Source: a virus (lineage: Duplodnaviria > Caudoviricetes). Taken from it: a DNA stretch of 29,211 bases. The position numbers and the translations under genes were made by a program. The stretch is taken from the IMG/VR virus record IMGVR_UViG_3300025803_000071, positions 1 to 29,211 of that record; one strand, given 5' to 3'. Positions 16,698-23,880 of the stretch are shown here, piece after piece (the first letter of the stretch is position 1; every line of letters begins with the position of its first letter). The notes under the pieces were generated by a model. The model saw only the letters and a list, made by a program, of their open reading frames with translations, was not told the DNA's origin and ran no database searches.

Positions 16698-16955
16698 TTA
16701 CTGATTAAAGTCTTGGTTATTCTGTATTAACTCAAGTATTGGTCTTAGATTATTAACAAGCTTTGCTTTTAACTCATTAACAATAGGATCATTAGGGTAC
16801 TGAATTATAATTTCCTCAACAGCACTCTCTAATTGTTTATACATGAATTGATAATTCAACCCACTATCAAGCGAGTTAGTACTCGCTTGTTCAACTTCAT
16901 TATTGTTCTTTTTGCTCTCAATAATGTTATTAACCATTTTAACTAGATTGCTCAT
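16698..16955 (-). CDS. Hypothetical protein
   Basis: 85-aa ORF, AAAGG RBS, tandem with 16958..17296. Confidence 0.75.
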   Translation of the reverse strand: MSNLVKMVNNIIESKKNNNEVEQASTNSLDSGLNYQFMYKQLESAVEEIIIQYPNDPIVNELKAKLVNNLRPILELIQNNQDFNQ

Positions 16956-16957
16956 AC

Positions 16958-17296
16958 TTAACCTTTCTTTTGATATTTGATTTTGATTTCATTAGTTTCC
17001 ATAGGAACTAAATACTTTAAGTATTCATCTGGATTTAATTCCTTAAACTTTGTGATATCAAACCGATTTAACTTACGATTAATTAATTGAGCATAACCCT
17101 CATAATCATCTAACTTATTAAAGATGATAAGATTTGTTTTTAATCTATTGAACAAATCTATATGAGTTGGAATAACTAATTTAATATTCTTAGCCATTTC
17201 CTTTTGGTTATCTTTTGCTATACCTAAGTTTAATAGGTCTAGTTGGTTTTGTTTTGTAGCTTTCTTTTGTAGCTTTACTACATTTTGATTGCTCAT
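16958..17296 (-). CDS. Hypothetical protein
   Basis: 112-aa ORF, AAAGGA RBS and own promoter; FDITKFKELNPDEYLKY motif. Confidence 0.8.
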   Translation of the reverse strand: MSNQNVVKLQKKATKQNQLDLLNLGIAKDNQKEMAKNIKLVIPTHIDLFNRLKTNLIIFNKLDDYEGYAQLINRKLNRFDITKFKELNPDEYLKYLVPMETNEIKIKYQKKG

Positions 17297-17333
17297 AACA
17301 TTCCTTTCTTTTTAGTTAGTTAGTTATCCCATT

Positions 17334-17362
17334 GTTATAAGATTAAAAAAAAGATTAATCAA
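17334..17362 (-). promoter_or_regulatory. Sigma70-like promoter with adjacent ATGGGAT box
   Basis: Minus strand TTGATT-17 nt-TATAAC, AT-rich upstream tract. Confidence 0.6.
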
Positions 17363-17511
17363 GAAATAATTTAAAAAAGATTAAAAAAAATAAAACAATC
17401 AATATTACATAGATCATATAAATTCTTGTCCTGAACTGAACTGAACTGGGCTTCACGGCCAGGCAGCTTTTGTTTAGTTTATTGTTATGGCGTCGGCGTG
17501 GCGTCGGCGTC

Positions 17512-17533
17512 GGCGTGGGCGTTAGCCCACGCC
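17512..17533 (-). terminator. Hairpin downstream of 17546..18049
   Basis: Minus strand GGCGTGGGC-TAAC-GCCCACGCC, 12 nt after the stop; no U tract. Confidence 0.5.
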
Positions 17534-17545
17534 ATTTGTATTAAC

Positions 17546-18049
17546 TCAACATATACGAAACCCGTTGGATTGTTCGCAGAACTCAATGAAACTCTCAACC
17601 TGTTCCATTGTGAACGGGTACGAACTCCCATAGCTATACTTCCGTTGTATCCATTCCCAAGTGTCGTGGTCTTCCTTTGGATAGTCAGCAGGTGCAGTAT
17701 TTGTTTTTCCTGTTTCCCTTTCTACCTTTTCCCTCAACATCTTATGGCAGATTTCAACGAACTTATTATTCCTTTCAGCTTCTTCGCTCTCTTGCTCTAC
17801 CTCATGGATTGCTTTTGAAACTGTACCGTCTTTGATAAGTGCTTTTAGTTGTTTAGCAATTTCTTTTGCCTCGCTCTCGCTTACCTCATGACCGTCATTA
17901 GATTGCCAAAACTTTTTATTATCTTCAGCAATTACTCCTGTTTGCTCACAAACAAAGTCAGCTAATCTTCTCCAACCCCAAACGGATTGTCTATAATATT
18001 CGCCTGTTTCTGTTTTGTGATTGCCTGTACTATATAAGTCAAAGCCCAT
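17546..18049 (-). CDS. Conserved hypothetical phage protein
   Basis: Start moved to MGFDLY (AAGGAG RBS); YYRQSVWGWRRLA, SNDGHEV, YPFTMEQVESFIEFCEQSNGFRIC. Confidence 0.85.
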   Translation of the reverse strand: MGFDLYSTGNHKTETGEYYRQSVWGWRRLADFVCEQTGVIAEDNKKFWQSNDGHEVSESEAKEIAKQLKALIKDGTVSKAIHEVEQESEEAERNNKFVEICHKMLREKVERETGKTNTAPADYPKEDHDTWEWIQRKYSYGSSYPFTMEQVESFIEFCEQSNGFRIC

Positions 18050-18080
18050 TTTCTTTCTCCTTGTTAAGTTAGTTTCTAAA

Positions 18081-18108
18081 GTCTTACCATATCCCATCAG
18101 CAATGCAA
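18081..18108 (-). promoter_or_regulatory. Sigma70-like promoter with ATGGGAT box in spacer
   Basis: Minus strand TTGCAT-16 nt-TAAGAC with extended -10 TG. Confidence 0.5.
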
Positions 18109-18431
18109 CAAAATATTTTAGAAAAGTTTTCCAGCTCACAGCTGCTTCGCTGCACGCTGGTGCACCAGTCCTGAACTTACCTTTACCTATCATCATATCT
18201 CCTCTCGGCGTGGGCGTGGGGGTAGAGCTAATGGATCCCAGCACGCCAGTCTGCTGCTGGCCAGGCAGGAAAGCTTCATCATCTAGCACATGCGTGTGTG
18301 GGGTCGACGGCGTGGGGGCACCGGTCAGAGACCTGTGCATCCGCGAACCATCAGTGCGAGCGCAATGATGTAGATCCATCCTACGCGAGGAAAGAAGACT
18401 AGTGGTACAGTCAGAACGAAGAGCCACCATA

Positions 18432-18743
18432 TCAATGTGTCTCCTTCGCTGCTTCCAGCTCCTGGGCAGCACATTCGACAGCTAACCATGTCATTGAATT
18501 TTTAAAGGCGGTGGGACCACGGATGTCCTTGTCCAGCAGGAAGAAGACAGACTCACCACAAGCCTCTGCTGCCTCCCTTACATATTTCCAAACGTCAGCT
18601 TCGTGTTCGTTATAGAAGGCAGTGGTTTCTACGTAGTAGGTCAGACCTGCTACCCCGCCACCACAGCCGTGTGTTGCGATGTCTTTGATGGCGAACATTT
18701 CCTTCTGTTCGCCATCTTTTAGCCATTCCTTTATCGTCCCCAT
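18432..18743 (-). CDS. Conserved hypothetical phage protein
   Basis: DIATHGCGGGVAGLTYYVETTAFY motif; GGAGG RBS. Confidence 0.85.
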   Translation of the reverse strand: MGTIKEWLKDGEQKEMFAIKDIATHGCGGGVAGLTYYVETTAFYNEHEADVWKYVREAAEACGESVFFLLDKDIRGPTAFKNSMTWLAVECAAQELEAAKETH

Positions 18744-19024
18744 GTTATGCCCTCCACATCGGTTTTGAATTTAACTATGTCCCTTAGCTTTAGGTGCGTC
18801 AGGACTTGTGGTTGGTTGTCTAGAGTTCCCTGACCCTTCAATCGTGAGCCACTTGTAATTCTCACCCACATCTTCTCAGATCTATTACGGTGCTTAAACC
18901 ACACATACACATAGTCACGCATCTTGGGCATTTGTTCCAATCTCTTGATTTGGAAGTAAGTTTCTTTTCCATGCTTTGGACATGAGTAAACTATGTTGTC
19001 ATCTTTTTGAACTGTTTCTACCAT
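18731..19024 (-). CDS. Hypothetical protein with DUF2314/YegJ-like segment
   Basis: Start moved to MVETVQ (AGGAG RBS); EKMWVRI..GTLDNQP..LKL.DIVKF. Confidence 0.75.
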   Translation of the reverse strand: MVETVQKDDNIVYSCPKHGKETYFQIKRLEQMPKMRDYVYVWFKHRNRSEKMWVRITSGSRLKGQGTLDNQPQVLTHLKLRDIVKFKTDVEGITWGR

Positions 19025-19098
19025 ATGATCACTCCTGTCAAAGTTAGGACAGCAAATGTAATTGCGATCACAGTTAGTTCTGGAATTATTGTGTTCAT
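19018..19098 (-). CDS. 26-aa single-pass membrane peptide
   Basis: Hand translation MNTIIPELTVIAITFAVLTLTGVIIW; AAGGAG RBS and promoter directly upstream. Confidence 0.65.
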   Translation of the reverse strand: MNTIIPELTVIAITFAVLTLTGVIIW

Positions 19099-19124
19099 TT
19101 CTTTCTCCTTTGTTAGTTATGTAA

Positions 19125-19153
19125 GAGATAAGATATGATGGGATAGATGTCAA
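19125..19153 (-). promoter_or_regulatory. Sigma70-like promoter with ATCCCAT box in spacer
   Basis: Minus strand TTGACA-17 nt-TATCTC. Confidence 0.55.
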
Positions 19154-19498
19154 GTTCTTTTTCCAAATTATTTTTCGCAGATGAATTTACCGAAATAGGA
19201 TCCTCTGCTGCCAGCTGCACGCCTGGCCAGCTCCTGATGGCTTAGTTCAGAAAAGCAGGGTAGCTTTTCGTAACGGGAACGGGGTCGTGGGTCGAGAAAG
19301 GAAAATGAAAATAAACCATACCCACGCCCCAAGAAACTTTACCATCTCCTGACCAGCAGCGCCAGTTCCCAGCTGGTGATGCCCTAAGTTCTTCCACATT
19401 TCTCCTTGATAATCGGGCTTCGGGATCGGGGGTGAGCTGCTCCTGAGCCGCGTCTCCCAGCTCACCAGGCCAGAGTTCAATGGTTCTATTATCGTTAT

Positions 19499-19909
19499 TT
19501 AACGGGATTCGGGACGGGGATCGGGGACCCGGGAGGATGCGCCAGTGCCCAGCTGCGCTGCGAAGGTGATTAAGGTTCTAAGATCCGTGTGGCGTGCCAA
19601 CGGGATCGGGGTTCGGGACTCACGGCTCACGGCCAGAAGTTCATAGGCGCTCTGCAAGAGGGGCCTATTCAAGATATACGCTCTACCACCTGCTTTCAAA
19701 TATTTAATATGCCAATTAATTTGATACTTTGAAAGACCACAATTCTTGCTGGTGTTGGCTTTGAGTTCTATCCAAAAAACTTGCTTATTTACGACACAGT
19801 GGACATCTGGAATACCATTAACTGTGCTAGATTCTATGCGGGTAAAATGCCAATCTTTATCTAAATTTTTTAACTCGTGCCATATCCTAGTTTCTTTGTT
19901 TTGAGCCAT
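19499..19909 (-). CDS. VRR-NUC / Holliday-junction-resolvase-like PD-(D/E)XK nuclease
   Basis: GIPDV..FWIELK..LSKYQINW..KAGG. Confidence 0.88.
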   Translation of the reverse strand: MAQNKETRIWHELKNLDKDWHFTRIESSTVNGIPDVHCVVNKQVFWIELKANTSKNCGLSKYQINWHIKYLKAGGRAYILNRPLLQSAYELLAVSRESRTPIPLARHTDLRTLITFAAQLGTGASSRVPDPRPESR

Positions 19910-19920
19910 ATTTTAATCGG

Positions 19921-20226
19921 TCAATAATTGCAAATTTTGCCTATCACAGGCTCATTAAAAATACGATGTTCAACCCAATTTTCAAACTCTGCTGGGTTAT
20001 CTTTTTCTACAATTACAAGATTGTTTTGCCACCAAACATCACAGGGCTGATTTATTTTGAAAGATAATAAGCTATAGCCACCATCTCTATTAATAAAAAT
20101 AACTCCAATCCGCTCATTAAAGCTCGACGATTTTAGTGATGACGGAATTAGGAATAATAGTGCTACCACCAATAGTTTCAATATAACCTTCATCGCCTTC
20201 CTTTCCATCTTTAAGACCATAGTCAC
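19921..20226 (-). CDS. Hypothetical protein with possible signal peptide (start uncertain)
   Basis: MKVILKLLVVALLFLIPS hydrophobic stretch; overlaps upstream gene. Confidence 0.5.
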   Translation of the reverse strand: MTMVLKMERKAMKVILKLLVVALLFLIPSSLKSSSFNERIGVIFINRDGGYSLLSFKINQPCDVWWQNNLVIVEKDNPAEFENWVEHRIFNEPVIGKICNY

Positions 20227-20446
20227 AAAAGATTCTAGTTATGCCTTTTTCACGTGAGAGCAACCAACCTCTTGAAACCATTCTACCAAGTCCTGACTTC
20301 ATCAATTGATCAAAAGTTTGCCAACCTGACTCTCCAACAATATCTACCCAATGTACTTCTACAAACGGATATCTTTCAATTTTTTCTTTTGGAAATTTTA
20401 TATTAAGTTCTAATGCTTTCTTTCTGTTTAATCTTTTACTTTTCAT
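20117..20446 (-). CDS. Conserved hypothetical phage protein
   Basis: VEVHWVDI..SGW..SRGWLL..TIIPNSVITKI pattern often seen beside terminase genes. Confidence 0.8.
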   Translation of the reverse strand: MKSKRLNRKKALELNIKFPKEKIERYPFVEVHWVDIVGESGWQTFDQLMKSGLGRMVSRGWLLSREKGITRIFCDYGLKDGKEGDEGYIETIGGSTIIPNSVITKIVEL

Positions 20447-20618
20447 AATCGTCCTTTGTTAATACAGATACAATACCAAGTTTTGTAGTAAGAGTACTAT
20501 TATGGACTTCATTGAATACTGTCAAGAAATCTTTCCAATCCTTACTCTGTACTAGTTTCAATTGGCGTAACGTCAATGATGTTTTTTGCTTCGCCGATTT
20601 TTGATTCAAGCTCCTCAA
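20436..20618 (-). CDS. Hypothetical protein (start uncertain)
   Basis: Bridges the terS end and the next gene; FNEVHN motif. Confidence 0.5.
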   Translation of the reverse strand: MRSLNQKSAKQKTSLTLRQLKLVQSKDWKDFLTVFNEVHNSTLTTKLGIVSVLTKDDYEK

Positions 20619-21054
20619 GTCTCTTCTCCAGTTGTTCTCGGTTCATACCTTCTAAACCTATATGGCTTATTTCTTTCCTATCTACAAAGTGTCCTGCCAT
20701 CTGATCTCTTCTAAACTGAGCAGTAATTGCTGCTGTCATCTGGCCTTTTTTCTCTGACACATCTCGCATTCTGTTGTAGTGCTTGTATGACAATAATTTA
20801 TCTTTCTCTTCTTTCTCTAGTTCTTGAGCCATACGTTTTTCAAAATATCTAACTACATGAGGATTCTTATCTGGATTTAATAACCTACTAGCTTGATCTG
20901 TAGGTCCATATTTATTTGTTGAAGTAAAACCCGCTTGCTTAGCAGCCTCTACTTTCGAAATTTCGCCATAATTGGAAACATAAATATCAACAAACTTACG
21001 TTGTTTAGGTGTAAGTTCTGATATTGTTTTTAACTGATTTGACTTTTTTGGCAC
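20542..21054 (-). CDS. terS: Terminase small subunit
   Basis: LTPKQRKFVDIYV..EAAKQAGF..ASRLL HTH; GHFVDRKEI; GTG start. Confidence 0.88.
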   Translation of the reverse strand: MPKKSNQLKTISELTPKQRKFVDIYVSNYGEISKVEAAKQAGFTSTNKYGPTDQASRLLNPDKNPHVVRYFEKRMAQELEKEEKDKLLSYKHYNRMRDVSEKKGQMTAAITAQFRRDQMAGHFVDRKEISHIGLEGMNREQLEKRLEELESKIGEAKNIIDVTPIETSTE

Positions 21055-21062
21055 GTAATTAC

Positions 21063-21356
21063 TATATACCCCTTCCTTAGAAAATAAAACTCCTTAGTAA
21101 AAATTTCTACCCCCCACTCGTAAGGAGTATAGTTACTCCTAGAAATTTCTAGGAGTAAAACTGGTTCTAGGAGTAAATCTAGGAGTAAATAAGTGTTGGT
21201 ATTAGCGAATAATAGTCAATTACTCCTAGACTCCTAGAAAAAAAGGCTATTTTTTCTAAAAAGTTTTTTTTAATTTTTTTTTCTAAGCAGTGGGTATATA
21301 CCAAAATCTAGGAGAAACCACGTAAAACCTAGCTTTTTGATATCTGGTTCTAGGAG
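21063..21356. repeat. TCTAGGAG iteron-like array with 26-bp palindrome and flanking 22-bp inverted repeats (candidate origin or packaging signal)
   Basis: 8 copies in both orientations; palindrome 21133-21158; inverted repeats 21063-21084 and 21279-21300. Confidence 0.85.
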
Positions 21357-21561
21357 CGTGTACCTTAGAACCATTATAAACTACACATTTTACTTGACCC
21401 CTGTGACCAATTTGATAAGGTGTAAGAGTAAATGTTAGCTTTTTTTCATATTACGCTCTTTGAATCAACTAAGGAGGAAAAAATGACTTGACTATTTAAT
21501 CAAAATAAACTAATGCGAACGCTTGATTATGTTTCATAATCATTCTTTCTAAGTTAGTTGG

Positions 21562-21599
21562 AAAAGGGCAGCTACCGGGAGACTGGTGCTGCCCTTTTT
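21562..21599. terminator. Bidirectional Rho-independent terminator
   Basis: AAAAGGGCAGC...GCTGCCCTTTT stem immediately after the stop of 21602..22033. Confidence 0.8.
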
Positions 21600-21601
21600 A
21601 T

Positions 21602-22033
21602 TTATATTGATGTTACTAAATTTGAAATAAATGCAGTAGTACACAAATCAACTGCGTGCCTTAAATGTTCTAGATGTTTTCGGTGATATTTTTTAGATTC
21701 TTCTTCCTTACAATTTCGATACTTAGTAAATTGTAGTGAATATTTTTTCCAGGCAAAGTTCCTTGGACTGAAGGCTATATCGCCTTTCATAATAGCCATT
21801 TTATATCGTTCTTTTACATGCTCAGGCTCAAAACCAGCATAATAACAAACAGTATGAAAATCAGTAGTATTCGACATAATCCATGTATGAGCCTCACATT
21901 TATAAATTGAAGGCTTTCTTTCTTGAGACCTGGATCCTGCGTCTTCGATGGCATTGACTAACACTCCTCTCCATAATTTTTCTTCAGGTTCTACTTCAGT
22001 GCTCAACAACTGAGCTGCAAAACTAGTGCCCAT
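21602..22033 (-). CDS. Conserved hypothetical protein
   Basis: PEEKLWRGVLVNAIEDA..DFHTVCYYAGFEP; start MGTSF chosen for small overlap. Confidence 0.8.
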   Translation of the reverse strand: MGTSFAAQLLSTEVEPEEKLWRGVLVNAIEDAGSRSQERKPSIYKCEAHTWIMSNTTDFHTVCYYAGFEPEHVKERYKMAIMKGDIAFSPRNFAWKKYSLQFTKYRNCKEEESKKYHRKHLEHLRHAVDLCTTAFISNLVTSI

Positions 22034-22205
22034 AAGTTTTAATAAGGAAAGAGAGTAAGTCACGATGGTAGATAGTTCCTTCTATATCTCTACGAGATTT
22101 TTTTGATTTTTCATAATCAATATGTACACCATCAATGATTTGGTGTATATCCTCTCCAGAGTGTTTAGGTTGATCTTCGTGCTTCGTGAAAATATCTCTA
22201 GCCAT
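22023..22205 (-). CDS. Hypothetical protein
   Basis: MARDIF start tiles the operon. Confidence 0.65.
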   Translation of the reverse strand: MARDIFTKHEDQPKHSGEDIHQIIDGVHIDYEKSKKSRRDIEGTIYHRDLLSFLIKTYGH

Positions 22206-22212
22206 GGATCTA

Positions 22213-22488
22213 TTATAATGATTTATCTGCGTTTTTTCCACCTTTGATGACCTTTAATTTGTAAAGTTTAGCCTTACTTTTAACTTTTTTTTCTTTTCCA
22301 AACTGCCACACAGCCTGGATATCAGCCATTACTTGAGGATCAAACGTTTCTTTATAACCACACTTATCGCCCATGTATAATCTAAACATGATGCTTGTGA
22401 CTTTAGAGTAATCTTTTTTCTCTAATTTGTTGGCTAGGATTTTAAGACTATCTAAAAATGGACTAGTGGATTGTTGTTTTCGAGCCAC
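22213..22488 (-). CDS. Hypothetical protein
   Basis: GAGGAG RBS, GTG start; C-terminal LKVIKGGK. Confidence 0.75.
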   Translation of the reverse strand: MARKQQSTSPFLDSLKILANKLEKKDYSKVTSIMFRLYMGDKCGYKETFDPQVMADIQAVWQFGKEKKVKSKAKLYKLKVIKGGKNADKSL

Positions 22489-22729
22489 GTTTTACAAACT
22501 CCTCTAATAACTTGATCAGCTTTAACACATATTGTGTTTCTACAACTGGGTCTTGATCCGTGGTTCGTTTAACATTTTCAAAGTGACCTGCTCCTCCACA
22601 CTCTTTGCAAGTTTGCGTTTCTTCATACATGGCTATTCTGACATAGCCATTGCCCTTGCAATTCTTACAAATCTTGTAGGGTTCACCAAATTTTATATTC
22701 ATATTTTTCTTATATTTCTTTTTTGACAT
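22463..22729 (-). CDS. DnaJ-type zinc-finger protein
   Basis: CKNCKGNG and CKECGGAG repeats. Confidence 0.8.
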   Translation of the reverse strand: MSKKKYKKNMNIKFGEPYKICKNCKGNGYVRIAMYEETQTCKECGGAGHFENVKRTTDQDPVVETQYVLKLIKLLEEFVKRGSKTTIH

Positions 22730-22961
22730 AAGTAAAGGGTTTATTTCTAGGGTTACGATTTTTAGGCCAACGACACTTGAACACTTGTGTGACTACACTG
22801 TCTAAATTTTTCTCGTCACCAGTTAAGATAGTAATATCATGACCATTCTGAACTGCATGCACATGGTGTCGAATATAATTATTAACTTTAATAACTCGTT
22901 CTCCTTTTTTTAAATCATCAAGGTAATTATCAAAGTCAATACAATCTTTATCGGACATCAT
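22710..22961 (-). CDS. Hypothetical protein
   Basis: 83-aa ORF with ATGA coupling. Confidence 0.7.
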   Translation of the reverse strand: MMSDKDCIDFDNYLDDLKKGERVIKVNNYIRHHVHAVQNGHDITILTGDEKNLDSVVTQVFKCRWPKNRNPRNKPFTYVKKEI

Positions 22962-23140
22962 TTTCTACCTTCCGTATAATCATTTAGTTTATGATAATGC
23001 TCATTGTCTCTTAAAATTGCGATAGCATCATCACAACTTTTAATTACATTCTTTTGAAGCTTATCTAGACTTTTTTGAGTTTCGTCTAAGCTTTTTTCCA
23101 ACCTTGCTATTGTTGCTTTTAGCTTTGATATTTCGTCCAT
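22958..23140 (-). CDS. Coiled-coil hypothetical protein
   Basis: AAGGAGG RBS; heptad pattern. Confidence 0.75.
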   Translation of the reverse strand: MDEISKLKATIARLEKSLDETQKSLDKLQKNVIKSCDDAIAILRDNEHYHKLNDYTEGRK

Positions 23141-23360
23141 CTAAGTCCTCCTTTTTAATTAATTTTGGATCCATTTTTAAAACTAATTCTTTATACTCAG
23201 GGATAGAAAATTTATTTTTCATTGCCTGGTATTCTACATATTCATTTACAAGTTTTGAAATCATTGATGCAGGTGATCTAAACTTATGATTACAAAGTCC
23301 TTGCAAAGTATCATAATCTGCTTTTCTTACTGCAACTGATTTAAATTTATTTATATCCAT
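23061..23360 (-). CDS. Putative ribbon-helix-helix-like DNA-binding protein
   Basis: MDINKFKSVAVRKADYDTL..RSPASMISKLV strand-helix-helix pattern; AGGAG RBS. Confidence 0.7.
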   Translation of the reverse strand: MDINKFKSVAVRKADYDTLQGLCNHKFRSPASMISKLVNEYVEYQAMKNKFSIPEYKELVLKMDPKLIKKEDLDGRNIKAKSNNSKVGKKLRRNSKKSR

Positions 23361-23529
23361 GTTTTTTTAACTCCTGTTTCATCTGTTGTTTTGTTTTAAT
23401 TTTAGGATTTGGTAATACAATACACATTCTTTCAAAGTATGGATTGTTGTCACTGAAGTCCCAACCTCTTTTTTTGCTCAATCGATAGTGAGCTTTATAC
23501 TGTCTATCTTTCCAATCTACATTACCCAT
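23347..23529 (-). CDS. Hypothetical protein
   Basis: AGGAG RBS; 60 aa; overlaps neighbours. Confidence 0.7.
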   Translation of the reverse strand: MGNVDWKDRQYKAHYRLSKKRGWDFSDNNPYFERMCIVLPNPKIKTKQQMKQELKKHGYK

Positions 23530-23612
23530 AAAACTCCTAACATGACTAATGCTAATTTAGGAAACATGAAACACAGTAAAATTATAAATGCTAAAATATG
23601 AATCAAGTTCAT
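23517..23612 (-). CDS. 31-aa hydrophobic membrane peptide
   Basis: Hand translation MNLIHILAFIILLCFMFPKLALVMLGVLWVM; GGAG RBS; ATGA overlap. Confidence 0.7.
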   Translation of the reverse strand: MNLIHILAFIILLCFMFPKLALVMLGVLWVM

Positions 23613-23806
23613 CTAGACTCCAATTCATTCATAGCTAAGATATCACACAGATCTGTGTGTAATGGTTTTTGATATTCGTCCTTGTGTTTGATATGAACAT
23701 TTTTTAGTTTATCTGATATCTCATCAAAACTTTTTCCTTCAGATAATGCTAAGTCCATCTTCTCAACCAAAGATCTAAATATTTTTGATTTACTTTTTAA
23801 GTTCAT
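23609..23806 (-). CDS. Hypothetical protein
   Basis: AAGGAG RBS; first gene of the leftward operon. Confidence 0.75.
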   Translation of the reverse strand: MNLKSKSKIFRSLVEKMDLALSEGKSFDEISDKLKNVHIKHKDEYQKPLHTDLCDILAMNELESR

Positions 23807-23820
23807 TGTTTTTCTCCTTG

Positions 23821-23875
23821 TCCCATCTACATAAGAAATCCCATGTAAGTTGTCAAGACAAAAATATGGTATAAT
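23821..23875. promoter_or_regulatory. Divergent promoter region with two TCCCAT boxes
   Basis: Minus strand TTGACA (23851-23856)-17 nt-TATGTA; plus strand extended -10 TGgTATAAT (23867-23875). Confidence 0.65.
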
Positions 23876-23880
23876 AAATT

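Larger units (their letters stand above)
17429..19635 (+). repeat. Dispersed degenerate GC-rich tripartite repeats (at least 7 units)
   Basis: CAG/CTG-rich block, AT-richer spacer, then GGCGT or CGGG repeats; units near 17430, 18131, 18238, 19203, 19347, 19433, 19537. Confidence 0.75.

Noticed and set aside
18050-18472. 141-aa N-terminal extension of ORF 17546..18472 and plus-strand ORF 18021..18368
   Set aside because: Open because of the GC-rich repeats; a promoter and strong RBS sit directly before ATG 18049
19025-19153. TTG-start extension of 18731..19153
   Set aside because: The TTG is part of a TTGACA -35 box; the region is better explained by a promoter and the 26-aa peptide
19247-19480. 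77-aa ORF, or a shorter version from MWKNLG with an AAGGAG RBS
   Set aside because: Lies wholly within repeat units; a small hydrophobic peptide cannot be excluded but support is too weak
17429-19635. GC-rich repeats as a CRISPR array, KOPS or Chi sites
   Set aside because: No identical 23-47-nt repeats or cas genes; I found no exact GGGNAGGG or GCTGGTGG in the units, only partial GCTGGTG matches
21063-21300. Inverted-repeat-bounded segment as an IS or MITE
   Set aside because: No transposase and no clear target-site duplication; internal iterons favour a cis-acting site
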